Assembly (NCBI RefSeq): GCF_009914755.1
Contig: NC_060937.1
DNA length: 64,000 bases
Reading direction: 5' to 3' (one strand)
Origin: the human T2T-CHM13v2.0 reference genome, Homo sapiens
This document shows positions 32,930 through 48,094 of this stretch, piece after piece. The translations under genes were made by a program, and so were the position numbers. Position 1 is the stretch's first letter. Each line of letters begins with the position of its first letter. The notes beneath the pieces were generated by a model that saw only the letters and a program-made list of their open reading frames with translations, ran no database searches and was not told where the DNA came from.

Positions 32930-34470
32930 TGTCATGTAAATGATCATTTGGCTTTAACAAAACACTAAGTTAATAAAATGTTGCTCATATATATCAAACT
33001 GTTAGAAGCCTAACTGATAGAACTGAATTAACAGACTTAAAGCATAGTGTAAAATCTTCACATACAGTAAGTGAAATGTCACAATCCACTAAGAGAAGGA
33101 ATGTACACTTTTATATACATGCCAGTTGTCAATAAATAGTGTTGGAAAACTTTGCTATTCGGGAAAATTCAAGTTGTGTTCTCAGTTCCTACTACATATC
33201 CAAATAAATTGCTGATAGACAAAGGGATTGGTTTTTTTAAAAAAAAAAGAAAAACGGAACTATTAAAAAAAGGATAATATGGCAAATATGCAATTGACCT
33301 TGGAACATGGAAGGACTTTCTAAGCATGAAAGCAACGGAAGAAATTACAGACAAAAATTGAAGACACAAAAATAAGTAGTATCTGCACATCAGAAAACGT
33401 CAAATAAATGAAAAGAGGTATAATAACTTGGAGAAAATATTTTAACATATATGGAAGACAATGCGCTAATATCCTCAAAAATCCCTGTAAGTAACAAAAT
33501 ATAAGAAGAAGTGTCCCTATAAATAAATAACAAAACTTTAATACAGCCAAAAGAAAATGTATGAAGACATGAATGAACAATCCACTAAATAAGAAGTATG
33601 CATTTTTATGACGATAAAAAAGGTCATTCTTCAATGACCCTTTGCAAAGGTCATTATGCAAGCAATAATAAAAGTACCTTAAGATACTGCAATTTATCTA
33701 TCAAATTGGCAAACTTTTAAAATTAATGACAGTACTTGATGCTGATAAAATGCAAATAGAAGAGCTTATTAGAAACCCACTGTCGATGAAAAGCATAAAT
33801 TGGTAAAATGTTTCTGGAAAGTAATACGTAAAAGAATCCCTAAAAAATAATGACCTTTGGCCTTCAACCCATTAATCACACTTTAGGAATCTCTGCTAAA
33901 AAATGCCTTACAGACATAGAGTAAAATGTGTTTATTTATAACGTTTAGCAATTGTTTGTAGAAGGTGAGTTGTTAAATTTGCCTTTTAAGCTTTTGTTTT
34001 CAAAAAGTAGTTAATGAGATGGAAAAGAACTCACAATATATAACATTAACTGAGAAAAGAATACAAAGATGTATATATGGTATGAACCAAATTTAGTACA
34101 TTTATACATATATGGACATGAGGTTTGCCAGGTTTAACAAATTAAAATAAAGCATGGCAGTTGAAGACTAATTTCAGATAAACAATGAATAATTTTTCAT
34201 ATAAATACATGCCAAATATTACATGGGACATCCTTATACTAAAAAATTCTAATTTTTGCTAGGCATTCTTCATTTTATCTTACAACCCCAATGCACATAT
34301 GTGCAAATACACAGGAAAATATGACTAAAAGAAAATATACCTAAAAATTATACAGTGAGTACCTCTATCTAGATGGTAGGATTCTAAGATATTTTTATTT
34401 TCTTCCCTATAATTTTCTGTGTGTTATGAATTTCATCTTATAAGCAAATATAACTTTATTATCAGAAAAA
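32930..34470 (+). mobile_element. Very old L1M/HAL1-like fragments
   Basis: A-rich decayed ORF2/3' UTR motifs (aataaatagtgttggaaaac, tatcaaattggcaaa). Confidence 0.45.
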
Positions 34471-34684
34471 AATGTATAGCGTGTGTTTTTGATGGTGGGC
34501 TCTAATCAATTACATAATGGCTATTTTAATTATTAGGATATGATTCCACATGAATATACGCAAACCATATTCTATTCCACTAAAAAAAAGAAAAGGCATC
34601 AAAACCACACACCTATGACTTTTCCAGATCTTCCATCAAAGTTTATAACAGTTTTCTTCTTAAATTACAATCGGAGTTTCTCAG

Positions 34685-35050
34685 GTAATTGGTTTACTGA
34701 GCATCTACCATGTGCCTAAAACCGTGCTAAAGGTCGGAGTTAAAAAGATAAATAAGATATAATGCCTCTGCTCAATGAGCTCACAGTTAGTGGCATAGAT
34801 AAGCAAAAGAACAGACAATTACAGTGTGCTGAGTGCTAAAACAAGGCTCAGACGCAGGGAGGAGGGAAATCCACTGTGTGGAATTGTGGATGTGAGAAAA
34901 GGCTTCCCAGGAAGTGCTGTCTCTGCTGTCTCAAAGGACAAGAAGTTAGCCAGGTGAACAAGGTGGTGTGGGGGAGAGAAAAAAGGGAGGAGGAAGTATT
35001 GTTTCTAGGCAGAGCAAACAGCTTGTGCTCAGAGGATAGATTAGGAATAT
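34685..35050 (-). mobile_element. L2 fragment
   Basis: tttactgagcatctaccatgtgcc...gagctcacag...ttctaggcagag. Confidence 0.65.
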
Positions 35051-35773
35051 AATTACACATCTTGCAGCTTGACTGAGAGGGACTGCAGGAATCATATGCA
35101 CAGTTATCAATCATTATTATACTGTCTGCCATCTTGCGGAGAACTCTGCCAAGCATAATAGGAAATTTTTTGCAGTTCATATTGAATTTTTACTGCCTTT
35201 CAACTATGTAAACCAGACACTGGCCAAGTGATACAGACAGCTCCCCAGCCCCCGCCAGTAACTGATGCTCACAGAAAACCTGCATTTTAATATCACTGTG
35301 TTTGCAGAAATTCTCAACAGATCTGAAAAATAATTATCAATGGTGTAAAACAGATCAAGAACCTGCTTCCTATCCCATATGCAATTAATATACAGACAAT
35401 TTGGAGTCTTTTTAGATGAATTGGATTCAGACCCTCCTGCCATAGAGGAGAAAGAGCCTCTACAGGCTGTTGATATGGTCTCATTTTATGAACCAAGGCT
35501 GAGTGGCCTTAATAGAAAATTATTCTGAAAGCTAACTATTTTCAGAATAAAACTATTTTCACTAAAAATCAATCACTTTTGACAGGTATTCTTCGGAATT
35601 CAATGGGTTCTTTTTAAACCATTCTTGTAACAGGTGACTTTCATTAGATGAGGATCAGGGAGGGGTGTATATTTTGCAACTAGTTCATTCAGGCAGACAT
35701 ATCAGAAATCCAAGCTACTCAGGGATCCATGAGAGAATTAATGAGGTTTCCTCTGACTGTGGTGAGTGACCAG

Positions 35774-36131
35774 TATATTAGTCCATGTTCACACTGCTAT
35801 TAAAGAAATACCTGAGACTGGGTAATTTATCAAGGAAAGAGATTAATTGACTCACAGTTCCACATGGCTGGGGAAGCCTCAGGAAACTTACAATCATGGT
35901 AGAAGATGAAGGAGAAGCAAGTACCTTCTTCATACGGTGTCAGGAAAGAGAAGAGCAAGCGAGAGAGGAAGTGCCACACCTTTAAAACAACCTGATCCCA
36001 TGAGAACTCCCTCCCTATCATGACAGCATGGGGTAAACCGCCCCCATAATCCAATCACCTCCCTCCCTTGACACGTGGGGATTACAATTTGAGATGAGAT
36101 TTGGGTGGAGACACCTAGTCAAGTCATATCA
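35774..36131 (-). mobile_element. MSTA/THE1D-like LTR
   Basis: tattagtccatgttcacactgcta...gagatgagatttgggtggagacac...catatca. Confidence 0.85.
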
Positions 36132-36464
36132 ACAAGTAACCCCGCCTGAGAAAATGTCCAATGTGAACCATCTGGACTGTGTGGGAGCCATGGGGTTCCA
36201 TAGGGTTCTGCTGCCAACCCCAAAGCAGCAGCCTGGCTCTGTCGCCAGCCTCCCAAGCCTCTTCTCTGTGATCTAGTCAGGCTTGGGTCCACTTAGATGA
36301 CCCATTTCTCAAAGTGGCCTGTGGTTGTTGCTGTTTCTCTGGCCCTAAAAGTGTGGGGAGCTGTCCTCAGGGAGGACCCCAAATGCCAGCAAGCACTCTA
36401 GTCAGATGCAGAGCACAGGCTTCAACTTTTCCTCTTCACCTCCCATTGAAACCAAGACTGATCA

Positions 36465-37110
36465 GTCATAGAAAGAAAGGAAGTTCTGGGCCAGGCGCAG
36501 TGGCTCACACCTGTAATCCCAGCACTTTGGGAGGCCGAGGCGGGTGGATCATGAGGCCAGGAGTTTGAGACCAGCCTGGCCAACATAGTGAAACCCCGTC
36601 TCTACTAAAAATACAAAAATTAGCCAGGTGTGGTGGTGAGCGCCTGTAGTCCCAGCTATTCAGGAGGCTGAAGCAGGAGAATCACTTGAACCCGGGAGGC
36701 AGAGGTTGCAGCAAGCCAAGATCGCGCCACTGCATACCAGCGCGGGCCACAGTGCAAGACTCTGTCTCAAAAAAAAGAAAGAAAGGAAGCTCTGACACAA
36801 GCAACAACCCAGACAAGCCTTGAAGACGTTGTGCTAAGTGCCATAAGCCAGACACAGAAGAATGAGTATGATTCCACTTATGTCAGGTACTAAAATGGGC
36901 AAATTCACAGAGACAGAAAGTAGAACAGAGACTACCATGGACTGGGGAAAGGGGGAAATGAGGAGTTCGTGTTCGATGGGTGCAGTTTCTGTTTGGAATG
37001 AAAAAGTTGTGGAGATGGATGGTAGTGATCACTACACAACATTGTGAATGTACTTAATGCCACTGCATTGTACGCTTTAAAATAGTTAAAATGGTAATAT
37101 TAAAATATTT
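36465..37110 (+). mobile_element. L1MB-like 3' end with AluS inserted at 36489-36776
   Basis: Alu TSD gaaagaaaggaag(t/c)tctg; L1MB motif aaattcacagagacagaaagtaga...aatgtacttaatgccactg. Confidence 0.85.
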
Positions 37111-37476
37111 TACTTTAAAAGACTGTTTCATATTTAAAGAAATAATTGTCAAACCTTTTATAAAAACATTCTCCTGATTTCTAAATGAGGTACTTTGAGA
37201 GGGTCCACGATCTTTTAAGGAATTCGTATTCTAGGGTACTACTAACAATACTTTAATAAAGTGTCCTAAAAATACATTAATTAGGGCTTAATAATCCTTT
37301 GGATGAATTATTATACATTTATATAAATGATAATTTGGAAAAGCTCATGGGAGACTAGTGTGAAAGACCCTGGTTATTATCTGGCTATTAACATTTTGAA
37401 GGATATCTAGTAGTATGCACTTTTACTTTTAAAAAAATTGATACAAAGTCATTCAAAGAAAAGCATTTAGTACATG

Positions 37477-37556
37477 GAGCGTGGTGGCTCACACCCGTAA
37501 TCCCAGCACTCTGGGAGGCTGAGGTGGGCAGATTGCCTGAGTCCAGGAGTTTGAGA
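37477..37556 (+). mobile_element. Truncated Alu left-arm fragment
   Basis: gcgtggtggctcacacccgtaatcccagcact...ccaggagtttgaga. Confidence 0.8.
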
Positions 37557-40500
37557 AAAGTATTTAATTTCTTAAGAATTTGTTAACTGTAATAGACTTC
37601 ATTACCCATAATCTGAAGACACTAAAAGGCACTCATTTCAGGAACCATGAAGTGCTGTGTGAAAATGGTAAAAGTTATGTTACATTTATTGTACCACACT
37701 AAAATAAAGCTTAAATTCGTAATGAAAATGTTTCCAAATTAGATGGTGGTGAAGATTACACAATACTGAATCGACTAAAAACCACTGACTTGTACACTGT
37801 GAAAGAGTGAGTTTTATGTATGTGAATTAAAGCTATTATATTAAAAAAAAAAAAAAAGCCAAGCTAAGAAAAGTGATGTTTATGAGTAGGTGAGAAAAGA
37901 GAGAAGTAAAATAACCCAAGGGCTCGTCATAGCAGGAGAAGGCTGCAGCTTGAAGAAATTAACAGGAACAAGCAAATGAGACAGGCACACACAGAGGCTG
38001 ATGCCAGTCACATCCCATACGTGACCCTGGAACAAACTCCACAGGGAGCAATCGGCTGTCTAACATGCTAGGATGCAGGGTGGAGTGGAAATAGCAAAAA
38101 ACACAGCAGGACAACTTGTTACTTTTCACAGACATTTTTCTCTCCTGGGGTGAACCAATTCTTCGGAGGATTTTGACAAAGGCCATTGGGAAGGGTGTGT
38201 GATGTATCCATACCTCTGGCATTTGAATTCTTCCCTGGGCTCAGAAGGGGCTGGCAGAAGCTACTGAGCTCAGCTAAGCTGCCAATCCATAGTCTCTCAC
38301 TAAGATGCAGTTCAGGACCACACCCTGTGTGGTTACAGCTGGGGCTCTGAGAAATCACCATAGGAATTCTGGTCTTGCTCTCTCGCAAGACCGACTACCC
38401 CCATGAGGACAAGGACTTTGTCTTCTTCACCAGCATCTAGAACAGCTCCTGACACATAGTATGTGCTCAATCGATATGTGTTAAGGGACAAGTGAGTGAT
38501 ATATTAATAAACTGTTACTAAAATATTATTAAGGGCATCACTAACCACATCACACAAGACTCCCTAAGTCAAGTGCCATATGAGATATTTTGAAATTCAA
38601 AGCCAGGGGGAAAATCTCACTCCCCTAAGCAATGGGTATGGTTCTTCTCAGATCATCAGAATTTTGAAACAAGTCCAGCTCTTTTTATCTTAGCTTCCAG
38701 CAAGGACAGAGCCAAATCTAAGGCTCATCTATGGCAGCTGAATTAGCTTCTATGATCTGCATATTATTTTGAGTGGTCTTGATTTTCTATGATTTTTTTT
38801 CTCTCCTGATTTTCCAATTTCTGGTGCTACTTAACAATTCTGTATGCTCTTGAATCTTGTATGTTATACAAGATCAAAATACGTTTTCCAGTCAAAAGAT
38901 GCTGTAGATATATTGACAGTATGAGTTTCGACATGATACAGAAGCTAATTCAGCTACACAGAAGCTAATTCAGCTGCCATAGATTCTTCATCTCAGATAC
39001 TTTGTAGAATGAGCTGGGAGATATGAAAGTATCTTGTTGAAAAATGATTTCAGGACATAATACCTACCCATCATGAAGTTCCGATTGTAGCTGTGCTTGC
39101 ACTGTTTCCTCAGTTCTTTTCCTAGTGTGTACTGAGAAGTGCAAAAGTAGATGATATACAAACTCAATATTTCAATGCTACAGAGACCTAGAGTAAAACT
39201 GGAATCACAGGTAGCCATGTGAAAAGAAGTCAAGATGGAGATAAATTCCATCCACGGATTGTGGAAAGAAAACAATTTAAAGCATACCTTCTGGCCACTT
39301 CCTTTCAGCCAGGTTTCTCTTGAAGAAAAGAAGCCCAGTCTCTCCCACTTTGGGAGGGCTTCACCCTACACAGAATCCACGTGCAGTATGACGCAGCTGC
39401 CTCCCTAATGACGCTCCCTGGCCCAGGTGTGCAGGATAAAACAGCCTTTGCAGTACACATCCTAAGGTGCACACTCTTGCATCTTCTAGGTTATACAATA
39501 TCAAAACATGTTTTCCAGTCAAAGTGGATACATTGACAAGGGTGTGAGTTCTGGCACGATACAGATTGGGATCAAATCCTGGCTTTCTCTTCGTCAGGAG
39601 CATGGCCTTACACAAATCTCTTAACGCCCCCAAGCCCCAGTTTTCCCCTTTATAGAATGAGGCTAATAGCCAACAGGTCAGGTTTGGAGGGTGATTAGAA
39701 GTCAGGAATACAGCTGATTGCATGGGAGCAGGGGAAGTGGGTGTAGAGGAGAACATCATTGCTCCTCCTGACTGGCAAGAAACACCCAAGGTGCCCAGAG
39801 CAGGAGGAGGCTTGTCCTGTTGGTTCAGAGACTCTACATTCCTTGACAAGACACACTTCAAACATGCCATCCTTCTGCCACACACATTATGCCCTGGGTT
39901 AGAAATTCTAACCTTTTAGCACCTAAACAATGAGTCCCAAACTGCAGCTCATTCCCAACACTGACACAAAAACCCTCACGTACGGATTTTTTTTGTTGTT
40001 TTGATTTTAAAATGTTGCAAAAAGTGTATTTCATTCATTCATTTTTATAATGACCTATTCTGAGGGAGGAGTACATTGCCACAGGGCCTGGCAGAGACTC
40101 CCACCATGCAGGGTCCCAGGAGGGGCTCCCAGACCCACCCGAGGCTCACCTCGCTTCTAGTGTGTCCTGACTTCCTCCTCCCATCGACCCACATGGGTGG
40201 TCTTCTAGGCTCTGGGTATCTCCAGGGGGCTGGGGTAACAGACCATTTGGTACCCTGGCCTTGGATGCCATTCACATGTCAATGGGACCTGTTAGAAAGC
40301 CTCATTCCAGAGCATGAAAGCCATATGTCTTGATCCAGTAATGGCTTGTGAAATCAAGTTACTGTGTCATGACAATTTTTTTAAAAAAAAATTAGAATAG
40401 CATAGAATGCTTTGGAAAACATCAGAGTGCTAAGCAAGGAACAGGAGTAAGTCTATTTCATAAAACTTTTGTTTCGTTTGTGTGTTTGGGTAAACTGGGT

Positions 40501-40977
40501 CAATATCCAAAATATGTTTCTTACTGCAATGGATTCTAATCAAAATAGTTTAAAAGCCACTATCTTACCACAAAAGAGGGACAGACAAGGGAACTTAGGT
40601 CCTGTGGCCAGGCCAGGGGCTTGCATCCGGATGGAGGGAGGGAGGGCAGCAGAAAGGGCCTGCCATGGTGCCCTGGTGTCACAGAGAACACTGCTCCCTC
40701 CCTATATGGAGGCCGGCTCTCCCCTCTGTATGGCACAAAAGACATCAGACTTTTAAAGGCTATAAAGCATCTACAAATGATTGATAGTATTCACTTTTAT
40801 GCTCTGGAGATAGAAAAATGAGAAAGATACTGTTTCAGCTTCAAGCTCACCAAGTTCACTGCAGTCCACCAGGGGAGACGCACATTTTAACAAACCACAG
40901 TAGGATGTGATGAAAGCTAAAATAGAGGTGTGTTCAGACCAATGCCGGAGAAGAGAAGAGGCTAATTCTATAGAGGG

Positions 40978-41383
40978 GTATATTCATTTCCTAGGGCCAC
41001 TGTAACAAAGCACCACAAACTGGGTAGCTTCTGGAGCTTAGAGCTATAGATCTCACAGTTCTGGAGGCCAGAAGCTGTCCGCAGGGCCATGCTCCCTCTG
41101 AAGGTGCTGGTGAAGGGTCTGTTCCAGGCCTTTCTCCTGGCTTCTGGTAGGTCCTTGGCTTTTGTCCGTGGCATTCTCCCTGCATCTCTGTGTCCTCACA
41201 TGGCCATCTTCTTATGAAAACACCAGTCCTATGGGATTAGGGGCCCACCCTACTCCAGCATGACCTCATCGTAACTAATTACATCTGCAATCACCTAGTT
41301 TCTAACTGAGGTCACTATCTGTGGTACTGGGGGTTAGGACTTCCACATATACATTTTGAGGAGATACAGTTCAACTCATAGTA
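40978..41383 (-). mobile_element. MLT1B/C-like LTR
   Basis: tttcctagggccactgtaacaaagcaccacaaactggg...gatacagttcaactcata. Confidence 0.8.
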
Positions 41384-42533
41384 GGTAGTCAGGGGAAAGA
41401 ATGGTGTTTTCCCTAAACCTGGAATGTCAGCAGAGCTTTCTCCCAAAGCATGGGGTAACGGCATTCCAGGGCAAAGGATTCCTTCTGGTCCCCTGTCCCG
41501 GCAATGCACAGAGACCCAGGCAGCCATGGGCCACCCCACCAGCCATGAAGCCTGAACCCATCATTTCACAGGCAGGCCCAGCATACAGCTGTTTCTGTCA
41601 GAGCCATGGGGAAAGACAGCAGCTGAAAAGACGGCTAAGAGCCTCCTGTATCCAACATTTCAGAGTCAGTGAACGCTGGAGTAAGTACCTGGTATGTGCT
41701 AGGAACAATTACGTGCAGGAGCCTACTCCTCACATTATCATTTCCATTACTACCTGACAGAAAAACAGACCCAGAGAGGTGAACTTCCCTTAACAAAGGC
41801 ACACAGCTGGTAAATAGCAGAACTAAAATTCAAATCTTGGTCTGATTGACTTCAGTGTCCTTTCAAAACTCTTTCCTGATTGCGCTGTGGTGAGAGGCAT
41901 CTCCGAAGGAGATCCCTACGTTATATCAGGCCCATGTGCCTCTGCACAGCCATTCAAAGGGCTAGAACTGGTCATTCTGCTTCTATTCCCTCCATCTTCA
42001 GATAGCTCAACAAGGAAGGGAGGTAGGTCCTATAAGAGAGAGCTCCATTTGCAGAGAAATGTAGTACCTAGAGGAAATCTAGCCAGTGCCTACTACCCCA
42101 GAATATCCAAGCTGGAAAGGAGTCCAGAAACCACTGCAACCCCTTCTGTCATCAGAGGTGGCTGGCCCACAGATCTACAGCTGGCTGGCCACAGAGTCAG
42201 CACCAGGACTCGTGACTAGGACCCTTTTTTATGGGCCCCCAACACTGACATACTTTTAGAGTTAAAATGATTATTTAAACTGCTCCCACCTGGTATAACA
42301 TGCAGACAGTTGAAACCAATTGGGTTAGGCCAAGCCCTAGAGATTTGATAGTGGGCCAGTCAGTCATTCAACATTAATGGAGTTTGCACGGCCTACAGGA
42401 CACTCTGGGGAGAAAGCAAGGAAGCGGGAGACAGGCCTGCTTCAAACATCTCATCTGGTCATCAGGAAAATGACTGATGGAAGTATACAACAAAACAGCC
42501 TTAACCTACGGGCATTAGAAATAAATAAAAGCT

Positions 42534-42980
<447 letters not shown>

Positions 42981-43524
42981 TTATTGTGACGCTCAAGAAA
43001 AGTTGGTATATACAAAACACTGCAATAAGCATAAACAAAGAGATAAATGCAAATTATTTCTTTCACTCATTTCATGCTTGTGACTGTCTGGAGACCTCCA
43101 GTGCCCAAAGCCATCCGGGAATCTCCCAAGAGACACAGACTCTCTCCGTGTCTATGCCTGAGCCACCACATGCCTGGTCTGAGGTACAGATGGAGGAATT
43201 TTCCAGTTGTTTGGCTTGCGTGGGGCTAAGCACCTCAATATTTGAAAACATCTAGTCATGTGATGATTTCACTTTTCACCAGGATTTTTAGATGTGACAA
43301 CAATAATTTTTTAAAAACCAACAATTTGTTGAAAAATGATTTGCTGTCATCCAAATGCCATGCAAGCATTATCTCACCTATAACACTGGGAAGGAATTGA
43401 TAGATGTGCAATGCAAATATGGTGCCGCCTGACACCAAAACCCATGTCTTCCCCACCGAGCTGCTCTGTGGACACCACTACCTGCTCCTTTTTGCTACCT
43501 GGGTATTAAAAATAAACATGGATC

Positions 43525-44450
<926 letters not shown>

Positions 44451-46636
44451 TCCCATGGGGGATGTTTACATCCTATAACCAAGAGGCCATAAACAACCCG
44501 AAGATAGAAGGTGGCGCACTGTGAGCTTAAAAATGAGTGCCCTGGCTGGCTTTATGAAGCATTGGGTGCAAATACCTTCAGTGCTCTCCCGTGGAAGGCC
44601 CCAGCTGGATGAAGAAAGTGGGACAGAGCTTTGCCTGCTCAGTTATTTTCTTTCCTTTTCACTTTCCATCGCTGGCCATGGTCTCACTCAGTTTGAGTTG
44701 ATCTTGGTGTGAATTTTTACATTTCCACCTGGGCTGAGCTGACTCCGGTTCTGAATTCTCTGAATCCAAAATGAAATTCTACTTAGCAGGGACAGCCCTT
44801 ACCCAAAAATCATGTGTTGCTCAGGGTAAAATCTAGTCCCCCGAGATGGGCCAGGGTGGACACACCAGGGCGTTGACAGGAGCTCGCAGATCCCCCCGAT
44901 AAGCTGGGCTCTGAGCAGGCATCTGAGCGTCCTGGAAGAGCCTCGCCCTGCGGTAATGGGACCTCACAGCCGTTACCGGATAGCAGCCCATTGTGGAGGC
45001 AGGAGGAGGATTCAGATATCCGGACCACGACTTTTTGCACAGAAGCATCAGTGAGCTGAAGGGTGGCCACATTTGTGGGGCAGACACTTTCTTTAGCCTG
45101 AGCACATTTTTAACTTAGACTAGTTAACATCAGACATAAACTGTTTTTTCAAGAGGGCTGTAGGAATCTATTAGAATTCCAGAGATGTTCTCTGTAGCAT
45201 TTTTCTCAGGCAGATGCTAAACATTGTTATTTTGTTCATTCTTCTATGCAGTCTATTTCTCTCCTAGACTACAGTCTGAGAGTACAAGCCTGCACCAGTC
45301 TCTAGGTCAGGCATTTTCTTAAGCTATGAGCTAAGAGAAAGTATGAGCCCCCAGAAATTGTATGTAAAGCATTACTGAATGAATGTATTAGCATGGTTTA
45401 TTTTTGCTGTTTGCTCTGTGTGTGTGTGGGGTGTGTGTGTGTTTTAAGAGAAAGAAAAGATTCACGGTTTTATCAGATATTCAGAGGTCTCTGATGCAAA
45501 TAAAAACATTTTTAAATGTTTCTATCCTGCATCAGAACAATAACGATACTTTTCTTTGTATGACTGTAAAATATCATTATAAATGTTTTCCTGTTGAGGG
45601 CATCCTCTGCCTGTGGCATTCTAAGCACTGGGGTAGCACAGCCCCTCACATGTGGAGCATTTCAGCTTCACAGTTGTAGCATGCTTTAGGGATGATAAAG
45701 CATCTCCACACATACTAACTTATTTAATATTTGCAGCTTCCTTGGAAGAGAAGCATTATTTCCATTATCATCTTTAGTGGTCATCAATTCACAGATGAAG
45801 AAGGGGCGCGCTGGAGAGGTTATGAGACTTGTCTGTGGTCTCAATCAGGCGAGTGCAGAACCAGTCCTCAGACCCAATTGTCCAGCTTCCAGCCCATTAT
45901 GCTGGTCCCAATGCCCCCTCACTGCAATGAACTCATAAAGTCACCGAGTTCCCAGGTATCCAGGGGAAGTCTCTCTCCAAACCACTTCCCTACCTTGACT
46001 CATGCATAATATCAAAGCACCCGGGATGGGTAAGTGCTGACTGAACTTCTTCTCAGAGGTAGCCACAGGCTATGACTACACAGCCTTTCTCAGTAGCTTG
46101 TGCCTGTGGGTTTACAATTACGCTTATTCTACATGGATTTAGAGAGTTTAAATCAATAAAAATGAAGTCTACCTCCATATCCAGAATGCCACAAGCGACC
46201 TAACCTCTTGATCACAAAGGGAATAAAACTGTCTTCTACATTCTCCTTTCTTCACTCCTACCTCGTGCTGGATTCTTCCCAAGGGTCAGACCTAGAAAGA
46301 AAATTGAGATAAAATTCTACTGACATCAACCTGCAGAACATTTCGTGAACACGAAATGGACAGGACATTAAGCAGCAGCCATGACCCAGCAGCTGACTGC
46401 TGTCAGTCACCTCCGACGCCAGTCCTGTCCTGAAGCCGCCTCCCTCCTGGAGCTCCTACTGAGTTGAGTGAGGGGAAAGAATGCTTTCTCCCTACAAAAT
46501 ACTCGTCACCTCTGCTGGTGGAGGAAATTCATCCAGAATAGTGACTGCCTTTAACGTATCTTACTTAGATTTTCTCACAGCCTCAGCTATAAGAAACGGG
46601 TGTGAAATCACCTTGTGGTTTTCCAAAGTGTATTTT

Positions 46637-46797
46637 GTGTGTGTGTGTGTGTGTGTGTGTACGTGTGTTTGCGTTTCAAGTAGAGACAGGGTCTTGCTAT
46701 GTTGCCCAGGCTGGTCTTGAACTCCTGGCCTCAGCAATCCTCCTGCCTCGGCCTCCAAAAGTGCCTGGATTACAGGAGTGAGCAACCATACCTAGCC
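46637..46797 (-). mobile_element. FLAM-like Alu monomer with (TG)n tail
   Basis: (TG)n 46637-46668, then gagacagggtcttgctatgttgcccaggctggtcttgaactcc. Confidence 0.8.
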
Positions 46798-47428
46798 ACA
46801 AAGTGTATCACAAAGAAACTACAAGTGCCCATCAAACCCCAAATCAGGCCCCCCAGGCTTGACTCTTTTTACACATTGTGGAATGCGGACAAACATCTAA
46901 GCAGGGAGAGAGAAGGGCCTGCATCCTCTCCCCCAGCCTAGCCCCTCCACATCAGCCCCACTGCCTATGTGCTTCTCACTGGGCTCAGACCAGATTTCCT
47001 CTTCCTGGTGGTGTCAGAGCCTTGAGGCTTGGCCAGAGAATCTGCATAAAGTGACTTGTGTAACAAAACTTGCTTTATTCCAGAATTTCTCAAATGTAAA
47101 GTGCAGAACCCCAGAGTGATGGCTGAGCAGTCCAGAGGATTTGCCATGTAGCAGTGCTGGGCTGGGGCAGCCACAGGCAGCAGGTGTAGAAGAGCTGACT
47201 GAGCCTCTGCCTGCTCCTAGATGAGCCTGGTCTTGTGGTGTTGCTCATGACTGGAAGGGCAGGCCAGGATGAGAATGAGAGTATGGGCCTTACTCAGAGT
47301 TTGAATCACAGGTCAACTACCTACCAGCTTAAGAAAGTTATTTAAACCTCTGAACTCTGGATCTCTCACCTCCAAAACTAGATACCACCTATTTCATAGG
47401 GCTGGTGTAATGATTAAATGAGATACTA

Positions 47429-47681
47429 TATCCTTTGCCCTACATCTTCTCATTCCTCCCTGCACCCCCACTCTGCCTCTGGTAAATACCATTTTATTCT
47501 CTATCTCTGTGTATTTGACTTTTTTTTCTCTTTTTTAAGATTCCACATATAGTGAGATCGTACAGAATTTTTATTTCTGGGTCTGGCTTATTTCACTTAT
47601 CATAATGTCCTCCAGGTTCACTTGTGGTGAGTGGCAGAATCTTCTTTTTTAAAGCTAAATAATATTCTACTACAGATAGAT

Positions 47682-47719
<38 letters not shown>

Positions 47720-47722
47720 GAG

Positions 47723-47763
<41 letters not shown>

Positions 47764-48094
47764 GCTTCTTGATCCATTCATCCATCAGTGAACACTTTGG
47801 TTGTTTCCGTATCTTGGCTATTGTGAGTAATGCTGCAATGTGCAGATATGTAGGATGAACAAGTCTAGGACTCTAACGTACAACATGAGGAGTACATCAA
47901 ATAATAATGTGTTGTATTTGAGATTTCTGCCAAAAGAATAGGTTTTAGGTGTTCTTGTCAAAAAAGGAGGGAGATGGATAACCATGTGGGATGACAGATA
48001 TGTTCATTTGCTTCACTGTAGTAACCATATCACTTTGTATATCAAAAGATCATGTCATATACCTTAAATAAATACAATTAAAAAACAACAAAAA
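47429..48094. mobile_element. 5'-inverted L1MA10/L1MB-like insertion within a MIR
   Basis: Minus segment 47429-47840, plus segment 47841-48094; TSD taaatgagata(c/a)ta. Confidence 0.75.
47674..47763. repeat. Compound tetranucleotide STR (AGAT)n(AG)n(AGAC)n
   Basis: Seen directly. Confidence 0.95.

Noticed and set aside
39361-39885. 174-codon minus-strand ORF in intron 1
   Set aside because: Non-ATG start, partly MIR-derived, no convincing splice context or homology
40280-40562. Probable hAT-Charlie-type DNA transposon remnant
   Set aside because: Family and boundaries could not be assigned with confidence
46339-46358. Perfect 9-bp-arm palindrome catttcgtg-aa-cacgaaatg
   Set aside because: About one such palindrome is expected by chance in 64 kb
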